64,000 nt of DNA from Monocercomonoides exilis PA203 (Eukaryota; Protista; Preaxostyla): the NCBI GenBank assembly GCA_001643675.2, contig LSRY02000016.1:806001-870000 (forward strand), written 5' to 3'. The first letter of the stretch is position 1; every line of letters begins with the position of its first letter. The notes beneath the pieces are model-generated. The model was not told where the DNA came from. It searched no databases and worked only from the letters and a program-made list of their open reading frames with translations. Positions 23,480 to 35,000 of the stretch are shown here, piece after piece. A program made the position numbers and the translations under genes.

Positions 23480-23949
23480 AGAAATAATTCATAATTAAAA
23501 TTTTTGTCCGGATAAAAAAAAATGTCCGGAAAAAAAAACCACCCTATAATTTTTTTCTGTGTGAAGCGATTTCGTTTGTAATCACAATCGGATAAAGTCA
23601 CAAAAAGTTGTGCAAAATACGATGTGATAAAATTCGGATTAGACTGAACTTCTTTCGAAAAGAAATAAATTTATTCTTAAAAAATAAATTTTTTTCCAAT
23701 GAAAATATGTGAAAATTTTTATTTTGTTTTAAAAAAATTTTTCATTTTGAATTGTTTTTAGCGTATCAAAAGGAAAGAAAGAAAATGAGCCATAAAAGAA
23801 AAAGGATTTTTCCATCTGAGATCATTGCAATCAAATATCCTTTTAAAAAAAATATCGAATCAATTCATTTAAACTTTTCAAAATTTTAAACAAATTGCAT
23901 TAACTCAATATTTTTGTGAAAATAATAAAATATGATTTAAATTTCCTTT

Positions 23950-26900
23950 CTATGAAATCTTGCTCGTATCGTTTTTTCTTTTCATTTTTTGAATAAATGA
24001 AGAAAGCGAGAGAATAATTGCTTCTTTTTCGGTGTCTCTTTCCTTCCTTCTCCTCCAATTTTCTCTTGCTATCCACTCGCTCAGTTCAGCAAATGGAGAA
24101 GCATTGTTACGCCCATGCGCACACTCAAAGCAGCACTCGCAAGCTTTGAGATCATCCATCATTTCATCAAGCTGCTCAATGCTCAAAGGATCTCCAAACA
24201 TTACAGCTCCTCTGCATGCACGAGACGCTAATATCCTTCTGAATGGAGAAGGAATCATCGCGTCACAGCACCCGCAATCACGAAACTCATTTAAAGTCTG
24301 TAGAAAAGTGGAGGGCTGAACACAAACACCGAATATTGCTGGAACAGAATGAAGACGCCATTCAACTGTTTCTGATGTGGAAGCAAAATCTGCATCAAAT
24401 GAAAGGAAATTGATATCTGGATCTTTGTCAATGTTTTTGTGATCCACTCCTTTCACAAGTTCAAGATCAAACCAAACAGCATGAAAATAATCTCTGTGCT
24501 GCTGAATAAACACAGTGTCGTCTTCGCTCAGAAAAAGGGTTACAGGAGGAGAAAGCTGATGTGCTGAAAGAGACAAATCGTCCTTCAAACGAGAAATAGG
24601 CTGCACAGCAGACAAATAAGCTTCATGTGAAAGTCTTCCAAACGAGAATGAGCGAGGCGTTTCCAATTGAATTGATCTCAACTGCTTTTCTGTCTGCTCT
24701 TCAATGACTTTATCGCTGTCCAAATGATAATCCAGTTCAATGGTTTCGCTATTGTCTTTCTCGTTTTTAGTTTTATTCGAATTAAATTCGTTTTTCAGTC
24801 TCAGATTTTCATTTATTTCTTTCAATCGATTGGATATTTCGCTTTGCAAAATTCTTTCAAAATGCTCCAATCTAATCCTCTCTGAAACTGCATGCTGGTC
24901 AAACATTGTGAGAATTATGCGTTGTTGTGCATCCAACTCATCTTTGCTTTGCTTGTGCAATGCCGTTGCATCACAAGGAAGTTTCAATACGCTAACAACA
25001 AATCTGTTGCTTATTTGTCCTATCACAGTCGAGTGCGAAAGATGGGAGCGTACAAGGGAAAAAGCTGGAGGAATCCTCATTAAGGAGTTGTCAGATAGAA
25101 GGAATGGAAGCCTCTCAGGCTTCGTATGCGAGCTGCAACTGGTTTGTTGCTTATTATGCAAAGTTGTGGAGTCTAATGTTAGCCCCTCTTTCGAAATATG
25201 AGATGACATAGTTTCAGCAAATGGTGAAGTAAATGAAATCATTATTCCGCTTGAATTTTGAAAAGATCCCTTTGAAGCATCTGTTACAGTTGTTTCTTGC
25301 CTCTTTTGAGAATCTTTTTCGCTTTTCTGATCAAATGGCAAAGGTGCATCCTTAATAGATTCGTCATAACGAAAAGCAGCATTGCTTGATAAGGAAACTT
25401 TCATGTCTTCATTCAAAAAATCTTCAAAAGTTGTTTCATTGCAAGGAATCCGATCTTCTTTTGCACATTCGAACTCGAGTCTCTGAGAATGAACTGGAAA
25501 AACACGGACGTCATTCACTTCTTCGTGTTTGCAGCAATCAGAGTGCTTACACCTTTGAAAATGAACTGATTCTGAACCATCGCCTGCGTCGCTTTCATCC
25601 AGAAAACAGCACTGCGAGTCATCAGATCGCACAGAATGAGATGAAATTTCAGACCCCGTTGAAGTTCTTTGAAAACGTTTTATTTTCCTTTTTGTCTCAC
25701 TAAATTTTCTGTGTTTGGAAACACTACGATGACGATGACCATTGCAAGAATGACATTTATGGCAACGAACCGAACAGCATGAACGGCAAGAAGAACTGGA
25801 AGTATTTGAAAAAGAGGAAGAATTAGAAGAACATTCGGAACAAACTGATTCAGAATTGTCGGAATCTGCACTTTCCGATGAACGGTGGTGATTATGACTT
25901 CTACTGCAATGATAGTGATGGTGATGCAATTTCCGATGGTTATGTTTTGAATGTGATCGGAAATGTGTTGAATTGTCTCGTTCCTCCCTTAATCTTTTCG
26001 TGTGATGCGATGTTAAATGTAGCTTCCTCTGTTCTTGCTGTTGGGGTTCTTTTCTTTTTTCGTCTTCTTTCTCCTCTTTTTCAATCATTCTGATCTGATT
26101 CTTCAGTTCTTCTCGTTCATGTTTTCTTTTCTTTATGCATTCCTCTGTTTGGCTTTGGCTTTGACTCAACACTTCATCAACCTGCTTGTCAAAAAGGCTG
26201 TTTTCGAATTTGAAACGAGACGCATTTTGCTTGGAAGTCATCAGAGCATCTTCGGTTTTGAATGCTTCGTGCGTCTTTTCAATGGGAAGGAGCGGAACAT
26301 TCGACGATGAGGCCATTTCTCTCAAGCGCCTGCTTTCTTCTTTGTGCAGAATTTCGTCTATTGAACGCTGAACAGAATTCACAAATGGATCGGGCTTCAT
26401 TGATGTAATGTCATCAAAAGATGACTTTGTTGGAAAAACAAACGGAGATGAATTGCTTGAGTGAAACACATCATTTGATGAAGAAAAGAATGCAGGCGCT
26501 GTACGAGGAGAAAATGAATGATGTGATAAATTGCCAGTTTGCCTTTCAAACGAATGATAAGCGCTTTTTTGGAATGGAAAAGAAGAAAATGAAGCATTGT
26601 GAACTGGAGTTGTTTTACGCAAAGTGTTCGAAAATGGAAAACCTTCTATTTGCTTTATTCCCTTGTTAAGGTCAAATCCAAAGCTGTCAAATTTGTGATG
26701 ATCATCAGCAAATGACAGAACAGGAATGTGCTTTCCAATAGGAATTGTGAATGGATGTGGTGTGTTGTGAATATGTGAAGTGTGATGATGTGATGTTGAC
26801 TTGTAATCTTCAGAGGGAAGTAATATGTGAGATGGGCTGCTCGGAGAATGAGAAAGTGAATTCGAACGCGAATGTGAATGTGAATGTGAATGTGAATGTG

Positions 26901-28803
26901 AATGTGAATGTGAATGATCGAGATGGGTCTTGCTTAAAAATGTTTGACTCATAAATATGGGACTTAGTTCATCTTTTTCTTTCGATATAGGACTATATTG
27001 CGACAATGGAGAAGAAAACGGTGATATATCCATTGGGATTATATCTGATGATGATGGATGACTAAGCAATGAAGGAGTGTGTTCTTTAACTTCTTCCAGT
27101 TGCTTGCCTATTTCCATAAAACAGTTTTTGATGTCTTCATCATCAAAACTGGATAAAGAAACATCACGTTTTTTATTCACCGAATCCTTAATTGCATTGT
27201 CAAGAGGAAAAGAACAAGAGTTCTTTTCAATTGAATTGTAATTTAGTGCTTGTGGTTGTTCCATGCTTTTCTGTTCTTTTATATAAGTTTCTGCTTGCTG
27301 TAGCCTCCGTTCCATCTTTAATCTCATTCGTTCAAAATGAGTCATTCGAAAATTTTTGTCTGGAGTTGATTTTGAAGAAGAAGAAGAAGAAGAGGACGAA
27401 GAAGAGCGTAGAAAAATCTGTTCGTCCATTGATTGACCATCTTCGCTGGGTTGCTGAGATAAACGTTTATCTTCAGATTGACGTTTTATTGAATGTTCTG
27501 GTGTTTGAATAACGTCTAACGAATGCTTTTGAGATTCCATTTGTTTTTCTTGTAAGTAGTTTTCTTTCGCTTTAACATTGGCGAGAATGGCAGAAATGAT
27601 AGCATTCCACTCAGTCTTTCCAATGACCGCACTATAAGAGTCTCTTTCGAATAAAAATGAAACATAAGCAGGCGATACTTCTATTCTAATAACAAAAAAA
27701 GGATAAAATTTGTTCGATTCGCTGCTGCGAAGCTGCTTCACTGATTGAGACAATATTTGTAATGATTGCTGATGTGTTGATGAAGGTGATGACTGATAAG
27801 ATAAGCATCGGTTTAGCTCTTGGTGCAAAGGGGACTGCTTCACTAATCTTCCATTTATAAATAAAAATTGAATGCTTTTTGTTTTGTTTCCGAAATGTGG
27901 TAGAGATATAAGTCCATTCGCAGAAAATTTAAAAGCAAGTGATTCGTTGCTAAGAATCTGAAGAGAAGAAGATGAAAAAGATCGAGATGGCCCATGAATG
28001 GAAAAATGAGTAAGTTGTTTTGCTCTCTCCTTTCCGAACAGAAAAGAAAACATTTCAACATCTGATTTCTCTCCAGGTGTGCAAAAAGTCATCGGATCAT
28101 CAACTGGCGAAATGGCTTTAAAAGAAAAACGAATTTGCGGCAAAAATATCCACAAGCAACGCACCAAACCCAGTAGAAGTCCTCCCCATTTTTTTCCAGC
28201 CTTTCCTCCGTTATCAGATTGTTCGTCAAAAAGATACCTTCGTCTAACTGGCTGGTTTGAAAATAACCCAAGAACTTGAACACGGGCCCAAGACTCTCCA
28301 TATTGCCCACGATTGTAAAATAGAGGAGAAGGAGGTTTTACACATCCAGATGCAAAGCCACAATATTGTTCCTTTCCTTCTTTAAAAATTTTAACATACG
28401 GTTCGTCTTCAAATACAACTTTGCTTTCAACTTGGAGGCAAGATACATCTGCAATTGAAGCAAGAGCTTCACCACGAAAACCGAAAAAAGAGGAAGAATA
28501 CAAATCATCATAAGATGAAATTCGAGATGTGGAATGATGCTTTCCACACAAAGGAAAATCATCCGGGGAAATACCATTTCCATTGTCTGTAACTGACAAA
28601 TTCATAGTTGACATGTCAAAAGCAACATCAATCCTCGTAGCTCCAGAATCAAGAGAATTTAAAATCAATTCGTAAAGAACATGAAGTGGAGATGAAATGA
28701 CCGAAGACGAATGAATTGCCTTGCTACAATCTTTAGATAGAACATGTATAGTTCGTCCGAAATTTGTATTCGAGGAAAATCCTTGGTTTGAGTCGGAATT
28801 CAT
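23950..28803 (-). CDS. MLH3: MutL-family mismatch-repair/meiotic endonuclease MLH3
   Basis: GHKL ATPase motifs ELILNSLDSGA, DNGNGI, FGFRGEALASI. C-terminal DQHAVSERIRLE, ACRGAVMFGD and CAHGR are MLH3-type. The likely start is the ATG at 28803 rather than 28941. Confidence 0.9.
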   Translation of the reverse strand: MNSDSNQGFSSNTNFGRTIHVLSKDCSKAIHSSSVISSPLHVLYELILNSLDSGATRIDVAFDMSTMNLSVTDNGNGISPDDFPLCGKHHSTSRISSYDDLYSSSFFGFRGEALASIADVSCLQVESKVVFEDEPYVKIFKEGKEQYCGFASGCVKPPSPLFYNRGQYGESWARVQVLGLFSNQPVRRRYLFDEQSDNGGKAGKKWGGLLLGLVRCLWIFLPQIRFSFKAISPVDDPMTFCTPGEKSDVEMFSFLFGKERAKQLTHFSIHGPSRSFSSSSLQILSNESLAFKFSANGLISLPHFGNKTKSIQFLFINGRLVKQSPLHQELNRCLSYQSSPSSTHQQSLQILSQSVKQLRSSESNKFYPFFVIRIEVSPAYVSFLFERDSYSAVIGKTEWNAIISAILANVKAKENYLQEKQMESQKHSLDVIQTPEHSIKRQSEDKRLSQQPSEDGQSMDEQIFLRSSSSSSSSSSSKSTPDKNFRMTHFERMRLKMERRLQQAETYIKEQKSMEQPQALNYNSIEKNSCSFPLDNAIKDSVNKKRDVSLSSFDDEDIKNCFMEIGKQLEEVKEHTPSLLSHPSSSDIIPMDISPFSSPLSQYSPISKEKDELSPIFMSQTFLSKTHLDHSHSHSHSHSHSHSHSRSNSLSHSPSSPSHILLPSEDYKSTSHHHTSHIHNTPHPFTIPIGKHIPVLSFADDHHKFDSFGFDLNKGIKQIEGFPFSNTLRKTTPVHNASFSSFPFQKSAYHSFERQTGNLSHHSFSPRTAPAFFSSSNDVFHSSNSSPFVFPTKSSFDDITSMKPDPFVNSVQRSIDEILHKEESRRLREMASSSNVPLLPIEKTHEAFKTEDALMTSKQNASRFKFENSLFDKQVDEVLSQSQSQTEECIKKRKHEREELKNQIRMIEKEEKEDEKRKEPQQQEQRKLHLTSHHTKRLREERDNSTHFRSHSKHNHRKLHHHHYHCSRSHNHHRSSESADSDNSESVCSECSSNSSSFSNTSSSSCRSCCSVRCHKCHSCNGHRHRSVSKHRKFSETKRKIKRFQRTSTGSEISSHSVRSDDSQCCFLDESDAGDGSESVHFQRCKHSDCCKHEEVNDVRVFPVHSQRLEFECAKEDRIPCNETTFEDFLNEDMKVSLSSNAAFRYDESIKDAPLPFDQKSEKDSQKRQETTVTDASKGSFQNSSGIMISFTSPFAETMSSHISKEGLTLDSTTLHNKQQTSCSSHTKPERLPFLLSDNSLMRIPPAFSLVRSHLSHSTVIGQISNRFVVSVLKLPCDATALHKQSKDELDAQQRIILTMFDQHAVSERIRLEHFERILQSEISNRLKEINENLRLKNEFNSNKTKNEKDNSETIELDYHLDSDKVIEEQTEKQLRSIQLETPRSFSFGRLSHEAYLSAVQPISRLKDDLSLSAHQLSPPVTLFLSEDDTVFIQQHRDYFHAVWFDLELVKGVDHKNIDKDPDINFLSFDADFASTSETVEWRLHSVPAIFGVCVQPSTFLQTLNEFRDCGCCDAMIPSPFRRILASRACRGAVMFGDPLSIEQLDEMMDDLKACECCFECAHGRNNASPFAELSEWIARENWRRRKERDTEKEAIILSLSSFIQKMKRKNDTSKIS
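26870..26916 (-). repeat. Hexamer tandem repeat encoding (His-Ser)n in MLH3
   Basis: (gaatgt) about 8 copies on the plus strand. Confidence 0.9.
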
Positions 28804-29026
28804 GGAAAAGCCATTGTGCCGGTATAGAATTAAAATTATTATATAAAAGATCTCATTGTGAAATGTAATTTTTTGAAAAAAAGAAAGAAAGAAAATTAAA
28901 TGAAAAAATATATAACTGAGAAATACAACATCAACATACATAATTATAAACTGTATTTATAACAACAAAGTTGAAAACGAAAACGCAAAAAGAAAAAAAA
29001 AAAATACTCTGAAATATCACAATTGA

Positions 29027-32000
29027 TTATAACATATCATTAACAATTGTTTTGTAATCTCCATTAATACTTTCTGAGCTACCTTCACTCGCACTATTAT
29101 CAATATTATCTCCACACTCTGCATCAATATTGCATTCACCATCGACACTGACCTGCACAAGCCTGCTTCCAGGCAGAGGCGCCTGATACACCTGCGCCAC
29201 TCCCAAAGGTGTTGTTGATCTTTCCACAATTTGATCAGGTGAAAATTCTATTTCTTCTGTCGCATCGCTCTCTTCATTCAAAACAGGCTGCCGTGTTCTT
29301 GTGCGGTGTCTGTGATGATGTTGATGCTGATGTCTTCTGAAGTGGGCTGAGCGTGTGTGCTTCGGAGCCTGCTGCACTTTGGTTGAATGGTAGCTTTCGG
29401 AGACAGAACGAGGAGGAGGCGGGAAAGGGGGTGTGGGTGGAGTGGCAATAGAGCCAGAATTGGAATGAGAGTGGGAATTAGAGTTAGAACTGGAAATTGG
29501 ATTGGATATTAGGAAAGAGCCAGAACGAGAGCCAGAACCAGAACCTGAGACAGAGCCTGAGACAGAGCCTGAGACAGAGCCTGAGACAGAGCCTGAGACA
29601 GAGCCTGAGACAGAGCCAGAGCGAGAAGAAGAGCGAGAAGAAGGAGCATTGGATGACAAAGTGATGGAAGAAGAGCGAGAGGAAGAAGAAGATGATGATG
29701 ATGAAGTGCTTTGTGCAGAAATTGAAGCGGACGATGAAAGAGAAGGAGATTTCACAGGGGAAGGGCGGAAGGGAAGAGGAGGAGTGGGAGAAGGAGAGGC
29801 TGGGTGTGAAGGAGAAGCAGGGCGGATGAGAGGAATCCATTGGCTGGCAGGGAATGAGGCAGAGGGAAAGATGGAAGGAGAGCGGGAGAGAGAGAAAGAA
29901 GAGGAGGAGGAGGAAGAAGAAGAGGAAGAAGAAGAGGAAGAAGAAGACAGAGAAGGGAAAGAAGATAGAGAAGCTGGGGGAGGTGGCGAGGCAGCCGAAG
30001 TGTTGAGAGAGGCCTGGAGGGACGAGGAAGAAAAAGAAGAGATGGAGAACGGCTGGGCAGAGGAAGACGGGGTGAGCAGGCCAGACGAAAGAGGAGCTGA
30101 GTCCAGGGGGATTTCAGTGGCAAGCGAAGAGAAAGTGTCCAGTTTGCATTCAAAAGGGAAGTAAACTGACCAGACATGGAAGGACTCGAATTCAGGGAAG
30201 TATGCGTCCTCCAGGGGCTGGTAAGAGGTGTTGGTGTATTTGTCCCTGTGCAGCATGATGTGGATCCACACAGACTGCGTCTGGTTGGCGAGGTCGTTGC
30301 GGATGCGCTCTTTGAAGCAGTCGCAAAAGAAAGTGCCAAACAAACACGAAGTCAGATGCTTCGCGAGAAAACGGAGCATTTTGTCGTTGAACTGGAACAA
30401 GTCGGGGCTTTTGTGCAGAATCTGATGGACACAGTCCAGAAACTGCAGGAACACGGGTGACATCTGCTCCACATCATATCCACTGCTTCCACTACCACTT
30501 CCACTGCTACTTCCTCCCTTTTCGCTTCCTCCACTTCCTCCTCCTCCTCCACCTCCTCCTCTTTCCCCACCACCACTACCATTATTACTGTTACTATTGC
30601 CATTGCTACCATTACCACTGTTATTACCACAACTGCTATTACTATTGCTCCCACTCCCTTGTCCCGACTGCTGAAACGCCGATGCAAACGGCAGCGAATC
30701 CAACACAGACTCAGAAGGGTATATTGCCTGCCTCTTAACTGGATACGACCCTGTGCGTGTGGCAAAGCGGTGTCCGAACTGCACCCAGTCTTTCTCCACA
30801 AGTGTGATAAACCCAACAAGCGTGCGATAAAAGGGCTCCAAAAACAGAGCAGCCAATGAACACAAGCAAGGCGTGCGGTCCCAGCCGTCGGAGCAATGCA
30901 CAAGCACGTTCCGTTCACTCAGCACGGCCTGCGCAATTGCCTGCGAGCACTCCAGCAGCTGCAGCACATGCGAATTCCACTGGCTGCTCCGCACAAGCGC
31001 GATGAACTTGTCGTTCGTGAGCCCTTCCTCCACACCCACCCGGCACGCCTCTGTCAGCTTCCACAGGCTCTTCCTCATTGTGTGGATGTTGCCTATCCCC
31101 AGAAACTCTACAGACGCAAAGTCCAGCGCCTTCTCGTCTTCCGACCCGCCTTTCTTGAAGCGGTTGCCCAGTGCTGCTATTTTGCTTCGTGCGTCGACGA
31201 TGTGCAGAGGGAGAGGAGGAGGAGAGGAAGAGGAAGAGGAGGTGGAGGAGCTGTGGAAAGAGGATGTGGTGTGAGGGGAAGGAGAGCGGGAAGCCATGGG
31301 GGAGATTGGGAGCGGAGCTGGGGGAGAAGAAGGGAGAGGAGGGGAGAGGAGAGGAGAAGGGCGGTGTTGGATGTGGATTGGAGAGACAAGAGCAGAGGAA
31401 GTGTGGAAGGTGATGCCGGAGGGGAGAGAAAGAGGAGCAGGAGGAGAGATGCGGGAGAGGTGAGAGGGATGAGAGGGATGGGATGAAAGGGTTGAATGAG
31501 ATGAAGAGGAATCAGAAAAGAGAGGGGAACGAGACTGTTGAGAAGAAGAGGAAGAAGAAGAAGATGATGATGATAATGATAATGATGAAGGTTTAGCTAA
31601 TGCAGTTGTAGAAGCTGACAGATGTGGAGAAGGGTCAGAAATGACAGTGAATGGAGAGGAATAAAGTGACGTGTGAAGAGAAAGTGTCAAAAGGGAGCCT
31701 TCAGAAGCTGAAGAAGAAAGGTTCTTTGGCAGTTCTTCTTCTGTCAAGTTGGTGATTTGTGGCTGAGTGTTGCCTGGTGAATTGTCCAGAGGTAGCTGAG
31801 GAGGAGAGGCAGAGGGAGAAAGAGAAGGGCGGATGGGAAGAGGAGCAGAGGGCTTGAGAAGAGAGGTTGGATGATGTTGATTGGATTTCTCTTTATTTTG
31901 TTGAGTTTGCTGTTGATTTTGTTGGTTTTGTTGATTTTGTTGTTGTTTTGTATTGATTGCTGAGTCATCTTCAGTGTCTGAACATTGAAGAGTTTGAAAC

Positions 32001-35000
32001 GTGGGGGAAGCAGATGAGTTGTTAGAGCGGAGGGAGAAGCGAAGAGGAGGAAGAGGTGGAGGAAGAGGAGGGGGAAGAGGAGGAGGAATAGAAAATGGGG
32101 TGTTTGGTTTGTCTTCGTTGTTGGTTGTGGCAAGATTGCAGAAGACGGATGATGTGGAGGATTGGGGAGGGGAGTGTTTGAAGAGAAGAGAGGAAGAAGA
32201 AGAAGATGAAGAAGAAGAGGAAGAAATAGAAGAAGATGATGATGATGATGATTGTGAAATAGAAAAAATTGAAGAAGAAGAAGAGGATGAGGATGAGGAA
32301 GAAGAAGAAGAAGAAGAAGAAGAAGGAACAGTCATCTTCAACCCAGAAAAGGAAGAAGTGAATGAAAAATCAGGTGAATTTCCAGATGAATGAAGAGTGA
32401 ACTCAGGGATGGGTGCTTTGTGCATAGAGACGACGGCAGAGGAAGAGCGTGTGAGAGGAGAGGCAAGTGGAATAGGAGAAGAAAGAGGGCGAGAGGAAGA
32501 AGAGGAGGAGGAGGAAGAAGAATGAGAAGAAGAAGAGGAAGATGATGATGATGATGATTTATTATTTGAATTATAAGGAAAAGAAGAAGAAGAAGAAGAA
32601 TATTTCGATGTCGACAAATAAGTTGTGCTCAATGAATGATCTGAGGGAGGAGGAGGTTGAGGTCTGCTGTGGGTGAAAAGAGGAGGAGAAGCAGAAGAGG
32701 AATGGAAGGTAGCAGAGAGAAGAGGAGGAGGGGAAAGCTCATATGAAGCAGAAGGGGAAGCAGGCAAAGGATCAGAAATTGAATGAGATGAAGGAGAATA
32801 AGAGGAAGAAGGAGAAGAAGGAGAAGGAGATGAAGGAGATGAAGGAACAACAAGAGAAAAGCCGTTGGTGAAAGAGGAAGAAGAAGAAGATGTGGAAGAA
32901 GAAGAAGGAAGGGAAAGATGTTCAGCAGTTGTGAAGATATCATCAGGATGCTTCATTGAAATGAGATCAGAAGTAGCAGGAGCAGATGAAGAAGAAGAAA
33001 AGGGGGAAGAAGAAGAAGATGATGATGATGATGTTTGAATTGATGTTAATGTAAATGAAGTGGGAGGAGAAGAAGAAGAAGGCAATGATGATGATGATGA
33101 TGATGAATTTGAAGAAGAAGAAGAAGAAGACTGCAAGAAAAGCGACGGGAAATCGCCACAGCTTGAAGAGAATCTTCCATGTGTGCATTTTCCATCAGGC
33201 GAATAAGGAGCAAGCGTTGTTGTGAAAACTACATCATTTTCGCTGGAGACGGTTGATTTGAAAGAAGAGGAGAATTCTGAAGAGGAAGGGAGGTTGACAT
33301 CAGAAGCAGACGCTTCTGAGCCGAAGGAGCGGAGGGAAGAAAGAGAATGGAGGGAATTGAAGGTGCATGTTCCACTGATGCTGCCTCTACTGCTTTTATC
33401 GTGATCTTTGTCTTTATCTCTTTCTTTTTCTCTTTCTCTTTCTTTTTCCTTTTCTCTGTCATTGTTTTTATCTTTATCGTTTTCTCCCTCTTTTATGCTA
33501 TCTTTATTAATTTGCTGATAAAAAGGCAAATGCTGTTCCTGTTCTTGACTTCTATCTTTTTCTATTTCTCTTCCAATATCTCCATTGTCATCAGCATCAC
33601 TTTCTTTCTCTCTTGCTTCTGAATTCTTTCTGTTTGAAGATAAGTTATCATTCATATTTGTGTCAATGACTTCTTCTTTGGTTGAAGAAGAAGAAGAATA
33701 TGAAGAAGAAGAAGAAGAATATGATGAAGATGATGTTGTGGATGATGATGCACGTGAACTTCGTCGTGAGTGATCAGAAGAATTGTATATTGAAGAAGAG
33801 GCAGAAGGCGAATACTCAACACTCCAGTACAATTGCTCAGCTTCATTGCTTGCTCCTTTTTCTTCCTCTTCTTCCTCTTCTTCATTGTACTTTTCTTCAT
33901 TCGCACTTTCTTCTTCTTCTTCTTCTTCTCCATCTTCTCTTTTCTCTTTCTTCAGCTTCGATCCCAAATGTGAAGGAAAATTTTCTTTCTTTGAACGAGA
34001 TTGCACTTCTTTCTTGCTGAGGCTGAATGAAAAACGCGAAGGCGGAGGTTTTGGTGAAGGAGCAGGAGACGGATGCGGAGAAACATTTTCCGGCTCCTCC
34101 TTGTTTTGGTCAAATGTTAATGGGCCTCGGAGAAATTCGGAGAAATTTTCGAGGGATGGAGGAGGGAGCGGAGGTGTTTTGTGCTCAACTGGTGAAAGAG
34201 GAGAAGCAGAAAATGAAGAAGAAGAAGAAGAAGAAGAAAGCGCAGGAGAAGACGAAGGAGAAGACTGTGGTGATCCCCCAGGCACAATCACCGCATAATC
34301 CTCTTCTCTTCCCCACACTGTGTGCTCATCTGTATTCTCGAGCGTCTCCTCATCTTTTGACTGAAATTGCGTTCCCTTCGCCTTTTCCCTCTGAATGTCT
34401 GTTGCATCATCAGTCCAAGCCGTCAGCCTTGTTGCTTCTTCGATCTTCTTCGCCTTCTCCTTCTGCGCATCGCTGTGAATTGCGCTGCTTTCGAGTGCCT
34501 TGAGCAGTGTTTCTGATATCCCCTCTGTTTTGATTCTCTCCATGTTCATCTCCCCCGAAGACTGCTGCTGCTGGTTCTGCTGCACCGCTGCCAGCATCTC
34601 CTTGATGACAGCCTCGCACCGCGCCTCAAACAGCGCCGTGTCGCTTTCTGTGTCCCTCCGCACTGCTTCCCCCACCGCCCCTGCAATTGCCCTCAAAAGC
34701 ATCTCGTCGATGGCGTTGCGGATGGACATCAAGCCAGACATTGGTTGAGACGAGCGGCAGATGGCGTGCCCGTTCGTGTGGAGGTATGTCAGCACAGGAA
34801 GCCGCCCGCTGCTGCGAAATGTGGCAGCGTCGCGCAGCTCTCCGTCGCTGACCACTGCAGGCACACACAGCAGCGGCGGGTACGTCTCACACACTTCAAA
34901 GTGGCTGTTGGCCTTGCTGATGCGCCACCCGCTCAGGAACGAGCTGCTCCGCGTGCTTGTCGGCGAGGACGGCGGCTGGGCCTGCAGAGGGGGAGAGTGT

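Larger units (their letters stand above)
21268..23544 (-). mobile_element. pogo-like DNA transposon B, 2277 bp including a nested MITE
   Basis: 23-bp TIR gggtgatttttttatccggacat (21268-21290) vs the reverse complement of 23522-23544, 21/23 identical. tata flanks both sides. An extra subterminal tgtccggat lies at about 23505-23513. Confidence 0.9.

Noticed and set aside
28804-28941. Hydrophobic N-terminal extension of MLH3
   Set aside because: It begins at a non-ATG start and is the translation of T-rich intergenic DNA.
29544-29617. CRISPR-like array
   Set aside because: It is a spacerless 12-bp coding tandem repeat in a eukaryotic gene, with no cas genes.
29502-34298. Many Glu/Asp/Lys-rich or Leu-rich ORFs overlapping the large genes (e.g. 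29502-30164, 32001-32393; also around 42-49 kb and 63 kb)
   Set aside because: They are antisense or alternate-frame shadows of TCT/TCA/TCC poly-Ser repeats and carry no independent motifs.
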